A stretch of DNA of 64,000 bases from positions 13,072,213-13,136,212 of the forward strand of contig OZ234493.1 in NCBI GenBank assembly GCA_965153455.1, written 5' to 3'. How positions within the stretch are numbered: the first letter of the stretch is position 1; each line of letters begins with the position of its first letter. Shown here piece by piece: positions 1 to 11,588 of this stretch. The stretch is from Sphagnum compactum (taxonomy: Eukaryota). A model generated the notes under the pieces. The model was not told where the DNA came from. It ran no database searches and saw nothing but the letters and a program-made list of their open reading frames with translations. The position numbers and the translations under genes were made by a program.

Positions 1-3000
1 CAAACTCCCCAATAACATTCACAGTGTCACCTGGCCTCACTGATGTATGGAGCCTGCATGCAAAACACAACAAAGAAAAAAAGAGCAGCACCCAGCACCC
101 ACTTCAACTTTCTTCCACTTTTTTTCCCCCCCACTTTTCTACTACATAGCCATCTAGCCATCCTTGTGTGCAGATGCTCTTTGGAGCAATGCAGCACTGA
201 CTCTGCAGAAACCTTTCAAGGCAAACCAGGACTGACAAGCCTCCTTCAGCAGAGTTATAATTGAAAGTCTTTTCCCAGATATGATTGTTTTGGAGCATTG
301 GGTGGGTGGGTTTTATGCGATAGGTTTTTTTCCTCACCATTCATCCTGCATTATCAACATTCGCTCTGCTCCACTCTGCTCATTGAGCAATCGTAGAATC
401 TGCAAAACAGCGACCTTTCTTAGCAAAGTACTGGCAGAAAATGCTCGCACTCTCTCTCTCTCTCTCTCAAGCCCACAGACGTCCTGAGCTCTTGAGAGTG
501 CGGAAAAAAAAGAAAGACCTGATTGGGTATATGGGTAGAAGATCACCTTTTGCTCACTGTTCTGATACTTTGCATCAGCAACCTGTGCACAGGTACCACC
601 ACCACAGGTCCCCACTTTCAAATCCTCTGTAAGCCTCTCTGCATTCCCATCTCTACCCCTTCTCTAGGAAAAAAAAAGGCATTCCTTAGGACCTCTACTG
701 CTGGTCGGTGCAGTTTTTGTCTGAATCATGACATCAAGCTGAACATACAGGTAATCTTTTGTACCTCAAGAACAAGAAAATGTATGCTTGCTTCATCTCT
801 CGTTTTGGGCACTGGCTTATTATTGGCAACAGCAAATGCGCTGTTGCCATTTTCTAATAAACTCCACTCATGCTCGCTAAGAAGATCATCAACCTCCAAG
901 GCAGCAACCTGAGCTTGCACTGCATCTTCTTCCGGAGAGATCTGTTGTTTGTCTCCAGAGGATTTGAAAACAGTAATTGATTCTGCAGGATTGAGGAACT
1001 GTGGTCTCCGGGCATCAAGTGGTGGTGGCTGCTGGTGCTGCCTTCCCTTTTCATGGCATATGGAAGAATCCAAACCATGATTATCTAGCAACCTGACTTC
1101 CATGCCATGGTTTGCAGGTTGTGGTTTCTCATCCTCAGCAGGAAAGTTTAAAGTCTTTTGGATGGCAGTGCAATCTATCATTTCACACAATCGAAGTGAC
1201 CCTTTTGCTGCAAGGTTCTTTGCTTCTTTGGTAAAGTCTGGACTTATGACATTCAAACCATGTCCTGATGATGAACTCACAGCAGCACCTCCATCAGTCC
1301 AAGAGCGGACAGACTTGGTTGCAGCAGGAGGGGGATTTGCATCTCCTGCAGCAGCAGCTATTTTCTTCAGCTCACACTCTGTAGAAAGCCCATTGCTAAC
1401 TTTGCTGCCAAGTGTCCTTGCTTTCTTTGATTTCCTTCCTGAGGGTGGAGATCGTTTCGGCCTATCCTGTGTTGAGATTGCACTTTCCACACGATCCAAT
1501 AGCTCAAGTAGTGCCTGTACAGATCCACACACAGCCCATGATACACTTGGACACCATGGTCAACGCACATAGACTAGGTGAAAGCAGCAGATTTTTAAAC
1601 AGAGAGTCAGAGTCGCACACCTTACGGCGCTGTCCAGTATTCAGCTGCTTAGGGATCCCTCGCCTCATGCGACCATCTGAACTCTGATGCAAAAAACAAA
1701 GGAAAACCCCAACAGTCTCAGTCCAACAAAGAAGAGCTTTCATCTCTCAGTAAGAAGTGAGACATCAAAAGACAACAGGACCCCCACCTCTTGGGTAGGG
1801 TGTTGTTGTAAGATCATGAGCTGGAGGAGTGTCCATACCCAGGAATGGCGCCGTGAGGAAGATGCCAAGGCCTTGAAAGTGTTGCTTGGGACTCGTGTTG
1901 CTTTGGCAGGTGAGGAAACCTTGTTACGGACTGGCAGGACTGTTGAATTATTCTCAACATTCTCCTTGTTCCAATCCTTAGGTCTGGATTTCGCAAGTTT
2001 ATTCAGAGCTGCTGCTTCTGCCTTTTGCAATGGTGCATCCACTGAAGAAGAAGATGATGACAGCCATTGCTCTAGCTTCCCTGCCATGCCTGGGGATCTC
2101 TGACAACACCGGACATACGCTCAGTGAGATTTCTTTCCATATGTACCCACTTCTTCTCATGCGTCTAAAGGGATTGATTGGGTGAGGAAAAAGGCAACAC
2201 ACTGGTGAGCATATGACAAACAGAAAGGGAAAAAGGAAAAAACAAACAAACCATTTTTTTTGAGGGCGTGTGAGCTTGCTCAAATTCTTTGCTCAGGATT
2301 TTGTGTATGGCTCCTCCAGGGTGGTTGACATTGACAGAAATGGGGCACAGAAATGTCCCCTCATCTGAAGACAGCTGAGCAGAAGCAGAAGCAGCTTGCA
2401 GACGCTCTGCTGTTGGTGAAACTCGCCATTCAACCACATCATCAGCCCCATCATCCTGGCTTTGCTTCACCAACTGCACAAAACCAAGCCCGTCAAACAG
2501 CCTCATCATCATCATCAAGACATCAACAAGAGAATCATTCACTAGTGAAGATGTGGAGACAGTTACTTGAGACATACCATGCCAGGTGAAAGGCGCTTCC
2601 GCTTTGGGTGTGATTGATTTGACTGCTTCGATACTGAATCAGCGTTTAGGCTCTTGAGAGCAGAAGACCTTTCTTCCAGCTTTGTTGTCATTTGGGCTTT
2701 CTGTTGCCCACTACTACCTTGAATGTGCTGATGATCCTTGACCTTCAAGTTCCCATCTCTCTCACCTTCCAGTTCTTCCTTCCCTGATACAACAGAAGCT
2801 TGCAAAAATCAGTAATGCAGCTGAGAAGTGATTGATCCGTCCAGAAATGCTTTACACTTCCGTAATGCTCTGCACAAGAGGAATGCAACACAATGTCTAC
2901 TGATCAGAGTTACATTACCTTTGGGGCCTGATGGGCTACCGTGAGCTCCTTCTGGCTCATTGGCAGCTGGAATCAAAACAGAGCCAACTGCAGAAACTGA

Positions 3001-3687
3001 TGGGGTGACCTTGGGAGCTGAGATTGAAGTAGGAATGGGTGCAGAAATCTCTGCTGAAACCTTTGCAGATGGGATTGAAGAAGAAGGGACAAGTGCAGGA
3101 ATTGCTGGTGAAGAAACATTCTTGGCAGCTGGGATTGCAACAGAAGCAGCAGCTGCAGAAACTGCTGCTCCTGGCCCCTTTGCAGATGGAATTGAAGAAG
3201 GGACAAGTGCCGGCAGACCTGCTGGTGAAGAAGCAAGAGCCTTGGCAGCTGGGATTGCAATGGAAACAGGTGCAGAAACTGAAGCTGGCCCATTTGCAGA
3301 TGGAATTGCAGAAGGGAACCCAACTGCTGCAGGAGCGACTGGGGTGACCTTGGGAGCTACAGGATGCATGTTTGGTACCTGTGCAGCACCAGCAGCAGAA
3401 ATCGAAGAAAATGCAGCTGCAGAAACTGCTGGAGTGCGGAAATGTGCAGTTGGAATTGACCGAGGAACAGGTGCCAGCAGCAGCCCCTTTGTAGCAGCTG
3501 GAGTTGATAAAGGCCGAGCTGCAGCTGCAGGGGCAGTTTGGTACAGATGAGGAGCATCTGCACTTGCAAGCTGACGGGCAAAGAAATGGTGGATTCCATA
3601 TCCAGCTGGCTGAGTATTCAGCTGCTGCTGCTGCTGCTTCTTGTTTGGTGCAGCAGCAGATCCACCACCTCTCTTTGCTGGAGGCAT
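1..3687 (-). CDS. DNA2: DNA replication helicase/nuclease DNA2 (JHS1-like), 5' part; runs off the window start
   Basis: Phase-consistent GT-AG exons: 3687-2919, 2783-2578, 2473-2252, 2099-1839, 1683-1621, 1514-765, 582-547, 399-338, 53-<1. Plant DNA2 N-terminal motifs: YGIHHFF, KRLSPGMLVKQSQDDG..VEWRVSP, KLEQWLSS, RRKALLELLDRVE, FLVLEV, LRLLNEQSGAER..DEW, PGDTVNVIGEF. Confidence 0.9.
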
Positions 3688-3770
3688 GTCCTCCAGGCAG
3701 ACTCCTCCAACCCTGTCTATTTGCTACAACACTTGCAGCATAAATCCACCTCTCAATACTTCCCCAAACT

Positions 3771-3792
3771 CTAAACCCTAAACCCTAAACCC
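3771..3792. promoter_or_regulatory. Telo-box / short interstitial telomeric repeat (CCCTAAA)n
   Basis: ctaaaccctaaaccctaaaccc, about 85 nt upstream of the DNA2 ATG. Confidence 0.7.
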
Positions 3793-4257
3793 AGCTCTCT
3801 TTCTTCCAGACCCATCTCTGAAACCTCTGGTGGTCTTTGATCCTGGAAGTAGTAGCAGAAGCCTTACAACAATCTGAGATGATTCCAGATGCAGCTTCTG
3901 CTGGAGAGCTGAATGTGCTTGATGATTGGGTGTCTGACCTAACAATCACATCCCTGAATGCCTCTCCAGCATTCTCCAGCACATTCTCTTTCACATCTGC
4001 ATCATGATCAAAGCTTGGAGAGACTCTCAAGAAGAACACCACCACCATCTATCTGAAACCATCCTGAGCATGTGAATTGTGGATCCAAAAAGCTCCACAA
4101 AACAACCCACCTGACGACAATTCGGCTTGAAATCATCAGATATGAATTCTCCTTTCGGGTGAATCCTTTTGGTACTCAGTCTCAACGCTTCCCATCTCCC
4201 ATCTCTCTGCTTCCTTCCTGCCCCTTGTGCTCCACACTGGATCATATCTTCAAAAAT

Positions 4258-4501
4258 TCTTTGGGAGCTAGCTTGGAATCCTAGACCTAGAGCTCAAGGA
4301 GATTTCAGCTCTCCACACCCAATTCTGCAAATGGTTTTGTTCTCCCTCCCTCTCTCTCTCTCTCAAGCTCTTTGGGAGCTAGCTGGAACCCTAAACCTAG
4401 AGCTCAACCCAATGCTGCATCTCTGTCTCAATCTCTTTGGGAGCTAGCTGGATCCTAGACCTAGAGCTCAATGAGATTTCAGCTATCCAAAACCAATGCT
4501 G

Positions 4502-4554
<53 letters not shown>
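4258..4554. repeat. Three copies of a ~39-bp motif followed by a (CT)n microsatellite
   Basis: TCTTTGGGAGCTAGC(T)TGGA(A)TCCTAGACCTAGAGCTCAA-like units at ~4258, ~4369 and ~4434; (CT)n at ~4505-4554. Confidence 0.85.
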
Positions 4555-4556
<2 letters not shown>

Positions 4557-5029
4557 TCCTTCTGCAGCTCCGGATGGAAAGCCTCTAAACCTTCTTCATC
4601 AGCTTCCTCTCCGGAGCTGCTTTTACGTGAGACAACTTCAGCTTGCAAACCATGGGACCCATTTCAGCCTGGGCACAGCAGACCCACTTACGGGAATCAA
4701 GCAAGCAAGCTCCTCCGCCCAGATTCATGCAATGGCCAACACTCCTCCTATTCGTTCTTTCCGATTTGTGACTGAGTTGGAAATTGACCTCAGTCAGTCA
4801 TCCCATCATCCTCCTCCTCTCATCTCCTCTCCTCTTACTCACCTCTGCAGCAGCAAAAGGCGAATGCACAAAAACCAAAACAGAAACAACACAACACCCA
4901 TTCTTCTCACATTCTCTTTTTCCCATATCTTCCTTCGAGAGATTTTGTTCAAGCTTTTTCCTGATCCTCATCCTCACCCATCTCCTCATCCTCTTCCCAC
5001 TCTCTCTCTTGTCTCTCTGTGTGTCTCTG

Positions 5030-5064
5030 TTTCCCGCGAAGCGTTTGTCTTCCTGTTGGCGGGA
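5030..5064. promoter_or_regulatory. Paired E2F-binding sites upstream of DNA2
   Basis: Canonical TTTCCCGC at 5030-5037, and TTGGCGGGA (reverse TCCCGCCAA) at ~5056-5064. E2F control of DNA replication genes is established. Confidence 0.65.
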
Positions 5065-5831
5065 GTTCGTACGACCGGAGGTTTGAGTCTTCTTCCAACG
5101 GACAATTGAGGGCTGAGTTCGGGTGTAGGATTTACACAGCGGACAAATAAGTTTTTAACCGCTGTGTAATTATGAATGCCAATGCGGAACTCTCGCTTCT
5201 TTTCAGTGTACATACAGTGCTCACACAAACTCTGGATTTTCTTTATGAATTTTGGAGCGTTTTTCCTTTTCCTTTTTTTTCGCCAACTCACTAAATTATG
5301 AGAGGAAAAAAATGGAAATTCACCAGATTTGGGCAAATTTAGGTTGCAGCCAATTTTTTTCTCTTTTTTTTCAATTTAGTGATGTTGCTTAAAGGGCATT
5401 GCAAGGCAGAGCCGACCAATCGCTTTTGTCCATGTGTGCGTGCACAAGGCCACTGTTCTCCCAAAATCTTCAATTGTGTGGTACATCCACAATGTATTGC
5501 CAGTAGAAGTGGGATATCTCCGTATCTAGCTACTCTTTTCAACACAAGATTTGCACTATCACTTTCTTCTTTCTCACAAATATAAGTGATGAGCCAACAT
5601 GACCGACCACCCACTGACTGATTTCATCAGCTTGTGACTAACAGTGGGTGCAGAGAAGTATACAAGAAAATCTGCTGAGAATTGCAGGCAAAAATCGTTA
5701 TACAAAATCTCTACTCATTCAAATTTTATTTGTGGGACAAGGCTCTTTTCTTCACATGTGCCTCCTCTGTGCACCCATGGCACCAGTATGCTGAAGCATC
5801 CAACAGAGAAGTACACAAATTCTGCACTGGT

Positions 5832-8344
5832 CTACAATTCACTGTCTGCAGATCCACTCTTACCAGTATTTCCATTGACAGCTATTAGCTCTGTTTCAAA
5901 AATCAGTGTCGCCCCACCTGCACCACCATGATGATGGAATTAAACCCGACTGTGTGATCAAAACAAAAAGAAATAGATGTGCCACAACACACACACAAGC
6001 ACTAAGCTCAACTATAGGGAGCTTTGATTTTCTAGAGCAAATCCAAAGACTTAAATGACTTTCTTGTATCACTGACAGACATAACCCAACTTCAAATTGT
6101 ATGCGCTGCCAGAATCTGGTGCATACTACTCATCCAAAGTAGAAAGGCATAAACCGGCGTTGGTTTGGTATATATAGCTTGCACCTGGTATCACCACTGG
6201 CTTTAACACTAGTGTAAAAGGACCCTACCAGGCTGGTATGACCTGAGGTACAGTACCAGACTGCTGGTAGGGACCTTGGGTAATACCAACCAGCCTTGTA
6301 CCAGCTTTATACCAGTTTCAATACCAGATATGTATACTTGCCTCATACCAGTCAAAAAATCAGTTTTGGACCCAATACCAAGACGTATGAAAGGTTTGAA
6401 AAGGACCCAGGACCAGGCTCGTATGAAAAAAAATTACACACCGTACCTACTACCAGGAGGACCTGTCTAATATGTTCAAAAGTCAGTACTTGAGCAACAC
6501 TAGTGTAAACAAGTTTTGAGAGGATATCTTTCATAAGAATAGAGAAATCTCCTTTCTCACGATGAAGAAAAAACAAGTTTGGAGAGGAATGGTTTTTTTG
6601 AAGAGGAACATTTAGTTTACCAGACTGTACCTGGAATCTTTGGAGGAGATCCACGATCACCGTAACCCAAGGATGATGGAATCTTCAACTTGCGCTTTTC
6701 ACCAACACACATACCTAACAGACCTTGGTCCCAACCTGCAGACAACATCATGAACAAAAACCCAAACAAACAAAAAAGAAAAGAGCATTCAGTAAGACTA
6801 AAAAACTCTCTTCAAAAAGAGTAAATTTTACATCTTTTAAAGAGAGAGGCAGAGACGGAGATGGAGCAACATATAAAATGTATAAGGCACAAAGGAGCAG
6901 ATCAATCTCAACACAGCCGACCTTTGATGACCGATCCTTGACCAAGAACAAACTCAAATGGGCTCCCTCTTGGATAGCTTGAGTCAAACTCGGTGCCGTC
7001 AACAAGTGATCCCTGCCACAACAACAAAAAAAGGTGGACACGATAAGAAAGCAAAAAGGATGTGAAACACTGACCCTTTTTGTTACTTGACCAGATCCAC
7101 ACTCAAAGTCAATAGCATTGTACTTCTTGCACAGCTTTCATCAAATAAGGGTTCCACCCATCTGTGAGTGATCCCTGCCCCCACAACTTCCTTCTTCTTC
7201 AACAACTGGGGGTGGTGATTCCAGAACTTTCTATACATGAAGTAAACTCTGAATTCATAAAATTATTATCTTTGATATGGAACAGGAGACATGGAGAAGG
7301 AGATGATGATGACACCTACCCGATAGTGCACCTTCACCTGGTCTCCTTTGTGTGCTTGCACATCGCATGTCTTTGGTTTGAACTGCATATACACAATGGC
7401 ATGCATTGTCAAATTCCTCTTTTTCATCAGCCTCAGGAGGTTTGATGTAACAGAGGTGATTTTACTATCTGAAGAAACAAAGCAAAATGCCATTGAATCT
7501 AAGACTATTGCAAACATGTCAAATTCCTTCTCTCATCAGACATAGAGGATTTGATGTAACAGAGGGGGCAGTACTAACTGAAGAAACAAAGCAAAATGCA
7601 CATTGAATCCTGAGACTAATGCAAGCATGTGAAATTCTTCCCTCATTCAGCCTTAGAGGTTTGATGTAACAGAGGGGCTAGGGTTTGATCCCCAACTCTA
7701 GATCCAATACTCACAGACAAAAGGAATCTAGACACAGTGGTGGCACACACACACCATTCAAGAAAACCCACCTTGATACCAATCTGGAGCTCTGTGACAT
7801 CCTTCTCCTCCTTCTTGGCCTCCACTACAGAATCAGAAACACCCAAGTCATCAACCAAAAATCTGAGTCTCTTCTTTCATTATTCCTGCCCTGGAAACTC
7901 AAAAAACAATAGTTGCTCGTGATCACATTATAGTACATACGTAGGCAAATAGACACATGTCCTCCAAACACTGCATCCTCCAAACCCTAAAGATTTGGCA
8001 CATCACCAGCAACTCCGTCACTCTTTCTCCATTTCACTCACCTAAAACTCTGGATCCTCCAAACCCTAAAAATTGCCCATCATCTTACAACCCATTTGGC
8101 TCTTTCGAAATCATCTCTCTCTTACACGCAAGCTTCAAAACCCTACCTGCAGAGAGTGTGGGTTTTTTGGTTGCTGCAGCACCAAACCAAAGCAAATAAA
8201 ATCAAAGCAAAAGTTGAGGGGTTGGGAGGGAGGAAAGAAACCAAAACAAAAAAAAGGAGAGAAGAGAAGAGCAGTTGAATGAATACCTGTGAGCAGCAGA
8301 AAACTCACAAGGAGCAACACAAATGCACCTGCACACCTACCCAT
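5832..8344 (-). CDS. FKBP15: ER-luminal FK506-binding peptidyl-prolyl isomerase (FKBP15-type), 151 aa
   Basis: Exons 8344-8287, 7824-7772, 7382-7320, 7012-6922, 6735-6631, 5917-5832 (456 nt). Signal peptide, then [45 protein letters not shown] and [10 protein letters not shown]; ends in ER-retention-like DSEL. Confidence 0.93.
6205..6509. repeat. Small TACCA-rich insertion bounded by 14-bp direct repeats in FKBP15 intron 5
   Basis: AACACTAGTGTAAA at 6205-6218 and 6496-6509; internal inverted repeat CCCTACCAG / CTGGTAGGG (6223-6272). Confidence 0.5.
7430..7678. repeat. ~110-bp tandem repeat (about 2.3 copies) in FKBP15 intron 2
   Basis: TTTGATGTAACAGAGG occurs three times; ...CTGAAGAAACAAAGCAAAATGC.. 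occurs twice. Confidence 0.85.
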
Positions 8345-8400
8345 CACTGCTCTTGGAACTTGATGAAACCCACCACTTCTGCACTTGTCTCTCACTTCCA

Positions 8401-8442
<42 letters not shown>

Positions 8443-10117
8443 CTCTTCCCCTCCCTCTTTCTCTCTCGCTCAACTCAAGAATCTTCCTGGAATCCTCAGA
8501 AACCCTAAAATCAGGGGGGGGGGAATGCAAAGTTGGGCGGGTATTTATTTTGTTGACAACCTTCAGTTCCGGTTCTCATACATCTCTTCAGGATCGGAGA
8601 ATTGCCCGGTACCTCTCGGGTGTTTGGGGGAGGAATTGGAGTGAAAGAATTGCCAGTTCTGGTTACTTCAAAACCCCCCCCCTTCAAAAGAATCACCAAG
8701 TTCCTTGAAAGAATGGGCAGTTTTAATGAGTGTTTAGTTAGGACCATGACAACCAAAACATAAAGTATCGTCACATTTTTTTCCTTTCTATATTTTGGTC
8801 TCTCATTGAGTTGAAGAAATCATGTTTGCTGATCTTGTAATGATGTTGTAAAATAGTAACTTCCACAATCCCGAAGGTACTTTCAAGCTTAGTAGAATAA
8901 CTTCCGTTGATTGAGTTATCAATCAACTTGTCCCTCCTCGCTATTCCTATCACTACAACGCTATCTCTTTCCAATGTCATTGTCAAAATGGTGCTTTGTC
9001 CTAAACCCTTCTCTTATATACTTTTAACCCCTAAGTGCATAAGCCAATTTTGTTCTCATTTTAATTCTATTCAAAAGGCTTAGTTAGAATCTATTCGAAT
9101 CTATTCATCCATGGGATTACAAAACCAATCTTTGGATTCAAAACTTAAAACATATAGAAGGCATCTTTGGTAGAAATTTCAGCCAAAAATCATGCAAGGG
9201 ATGATGAAATAGCACAACTAGATTGAGCTCATGCGTGGGGGATCAGGCAAGTGTGTTGCCCAAGTTTTGGATTTGAAGCTTTCACTAGACAAAGGACTTT
9301 TGACATGACACTCATACAATGCATCCTAATATGGCACACTCACAATGACCAAGTTAAGTAATCACTCCAAGAATTCAAAGTAAACAATGTGGTTCCTCAA
9401 GAAAGATTGAAACCTTGCAGTTTCCGGAATGTGAATGTGAAGAACTTTGAAAATTGGCAGAAACTTTAAGAGGGAAGCCAGGCTGATCACAATGTTGGAA
9501 ACTTGTTAGTGTCAGCTCATAAATGAGTTTCCAAAGTTACCCATGGTCCACCTGCAATCCCCACCACCCTTGTTAGTGTAGGCAAGTACGGTTCACCAAG
9601 TGAAAGGCCCAAATGCATGCACTTAGTTGATCAAAACTTCACTCAAATCCACGTGGCAATTCTCAATCAGCAAATCATTTGAAAACCAAAAAGGAAAAAA
9701 AAAATTTGAAACAAATTCTCATCATCCACACACCCATTTAAAACTGTCAAAAGATCCTTGTTCTGGCCTATCGGGCATTTAGGGGTTAAAGAAAAACATT
9801 TGTTGCATATGCAGAACATCCTCAAGGTGAGATCTATCAACTGAAAAAACGTCTCAAAATCAGAAACATTATGTACAAACAGGGCCAGAGTTAACCAGCA
9901 CCCACCATAAAAGGATGGATGGTAAGTGGTCAAGAAACAGTTTTCCCGTTGTTTTCCAGTTCCCCAGCTAACAAAGGTGGGTTCCAGTTCTCAACTATTA
10001 TATCAGGAGATTTTTCTATGATGACGATCACCTCCCCATGTAGTATCAGGATTGGCCAGGATGAGAACAGCACTCCACGAAGAAATCCTGTACGACAAGG
10101 ATTCTTCGAGGATGGTT

Positions 10118-10220
10118 AACTGCTCTTCTTATTGTCAGACAAGAGTACTGACATACTTTGAAGGCAAAAAGCTACATAACTGCTCTTCTTATTGTCAGAC
10201 AAGAGTACTTTGACATACAA
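10118..10220. repeat. 60-bp tandem duplication
   Basis: AACTGCTCTTCTTATTGTCAGACAAGAGTACT at ~10118 and ~10178. Confidence 0.85.
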
Positions 10221-11588
10221 AAAGCTTACATGTCAGCTGCACTTGTACGAGTGCACACATCTTTCTGTGCTCTTCACAAATCTCCATTCCTGTATGTCAC
10301 CAATCACCAGTCACCATGGTACTAAGTATCAGGGAATCCCCAGTAGTGACAGTACGGTCAAAAGATTTTGAGTAATGATTTTGAGTGACGCATCATGCAT
10401 GCTTGCTCCAGCCTGGTCCACCACATTCAGGCTCTGATCATCAAAATAGCCAATGGTTATCACCCACTCCTTGAGGAATCCTTCAGGACTCATCTTATGT
10501 GTCCCTTGACTTCTCCTGATTTGCTTGGGCCCCTAAAATCATCCAAGAAAGAAATTCAGCAAAGGAAAAAATGCTTATACCGTACTCGCTCCCCGCATTT
10601 TAAGATTATCTACCACACCTGTGGACGTGAAATGAACTGCATTGATCTTATGCCTAAAAAGTTTCTAGAACCCACATCCCACATCAACTTCAAACTTTAA
10701 CAGGTACCAACAGATAGCCTTTTCGCCAATCCGGAAGCAGAGTACCTAGCTGAGTGAAACAGGAATTGAAAGCATGCAGTTGCAACAAAAAAAAATGCAG
10801 GAATCTGGGTGTAGAAGGCATGCGCTCAGTTGAATGCAGTTCCCACCCCTAATATCCTCCAATCACCAATCCAATTGTCCAACAATGCACAACATTAAGA
10901 TTGCAATTTGCCCTTACCAATCAACTCTCCTTTCAAGAAGTCACATGCTCACTGCATTGCATGCTAGTTGGTAAGATGACTAATTTTCACAATTTGTGAT
11001 AATTCATGTGGGTTGCAACCACAGTCCAGAGAGCATCAAAGACCAAAAAAAGGCTGGGTCAGCTATCAGTGACAAGACCTTCAAGCTGATTTATGTCAAA
11101 GGCATTAAAGCACATTAAATCACCCTTGATTGCATTGAATAGGAGCCTATGTTACATCCCATCAAACAGCTAACCTATGGCTGCAGGATGCACCAGCGAC
11201 ACTGGAGAACAAGCTGTTATCCAGTGTCTGGGATATGCTGACCCTTTCCCCCTCCAAAGTATTACAAATGGTGATGATGATATATATTACAAGAATGAGC
11301 GCACTTGCCCTATCATACAGAAATACATTTCCATCATAGGCAGAGACCACTCTCAGCCTCTGCCCTGCAAGGCTGCTCCAGAAGAATTGCAATCTTCCAA
11401 GCTCTCCTATAGGGCCCCACCACTAGGCAAGGTGACCCCAGCAGAATATTCCTAACAGTTCCTGAGAATTACAACACAGTCACGATGATGAGGCCTCACT
11501 TGCAGCACATATATAGGCCACATTTCCCTACCCTACCTACATCTGTTTCACATACCCCAAATTTTCCAGTGTCTACAGACTGCCAACC

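Noticed and set aside
2960..3550. 196-aa plus-strand ORF with repeats
   Set aside because: Antisense shadow of repetitive DNA2 exon 1.
4471..5109. 212-aa plus-strand ORF
   Set aside because: Runs through CT microsatellites; low complexity with no domain.
6724..6735. Apparent 12-nt FKBP micro-exon (GWDQ)
   Set aside because: The frame continues to 6631 with conserved FKBP sequence; it is one normal exon.
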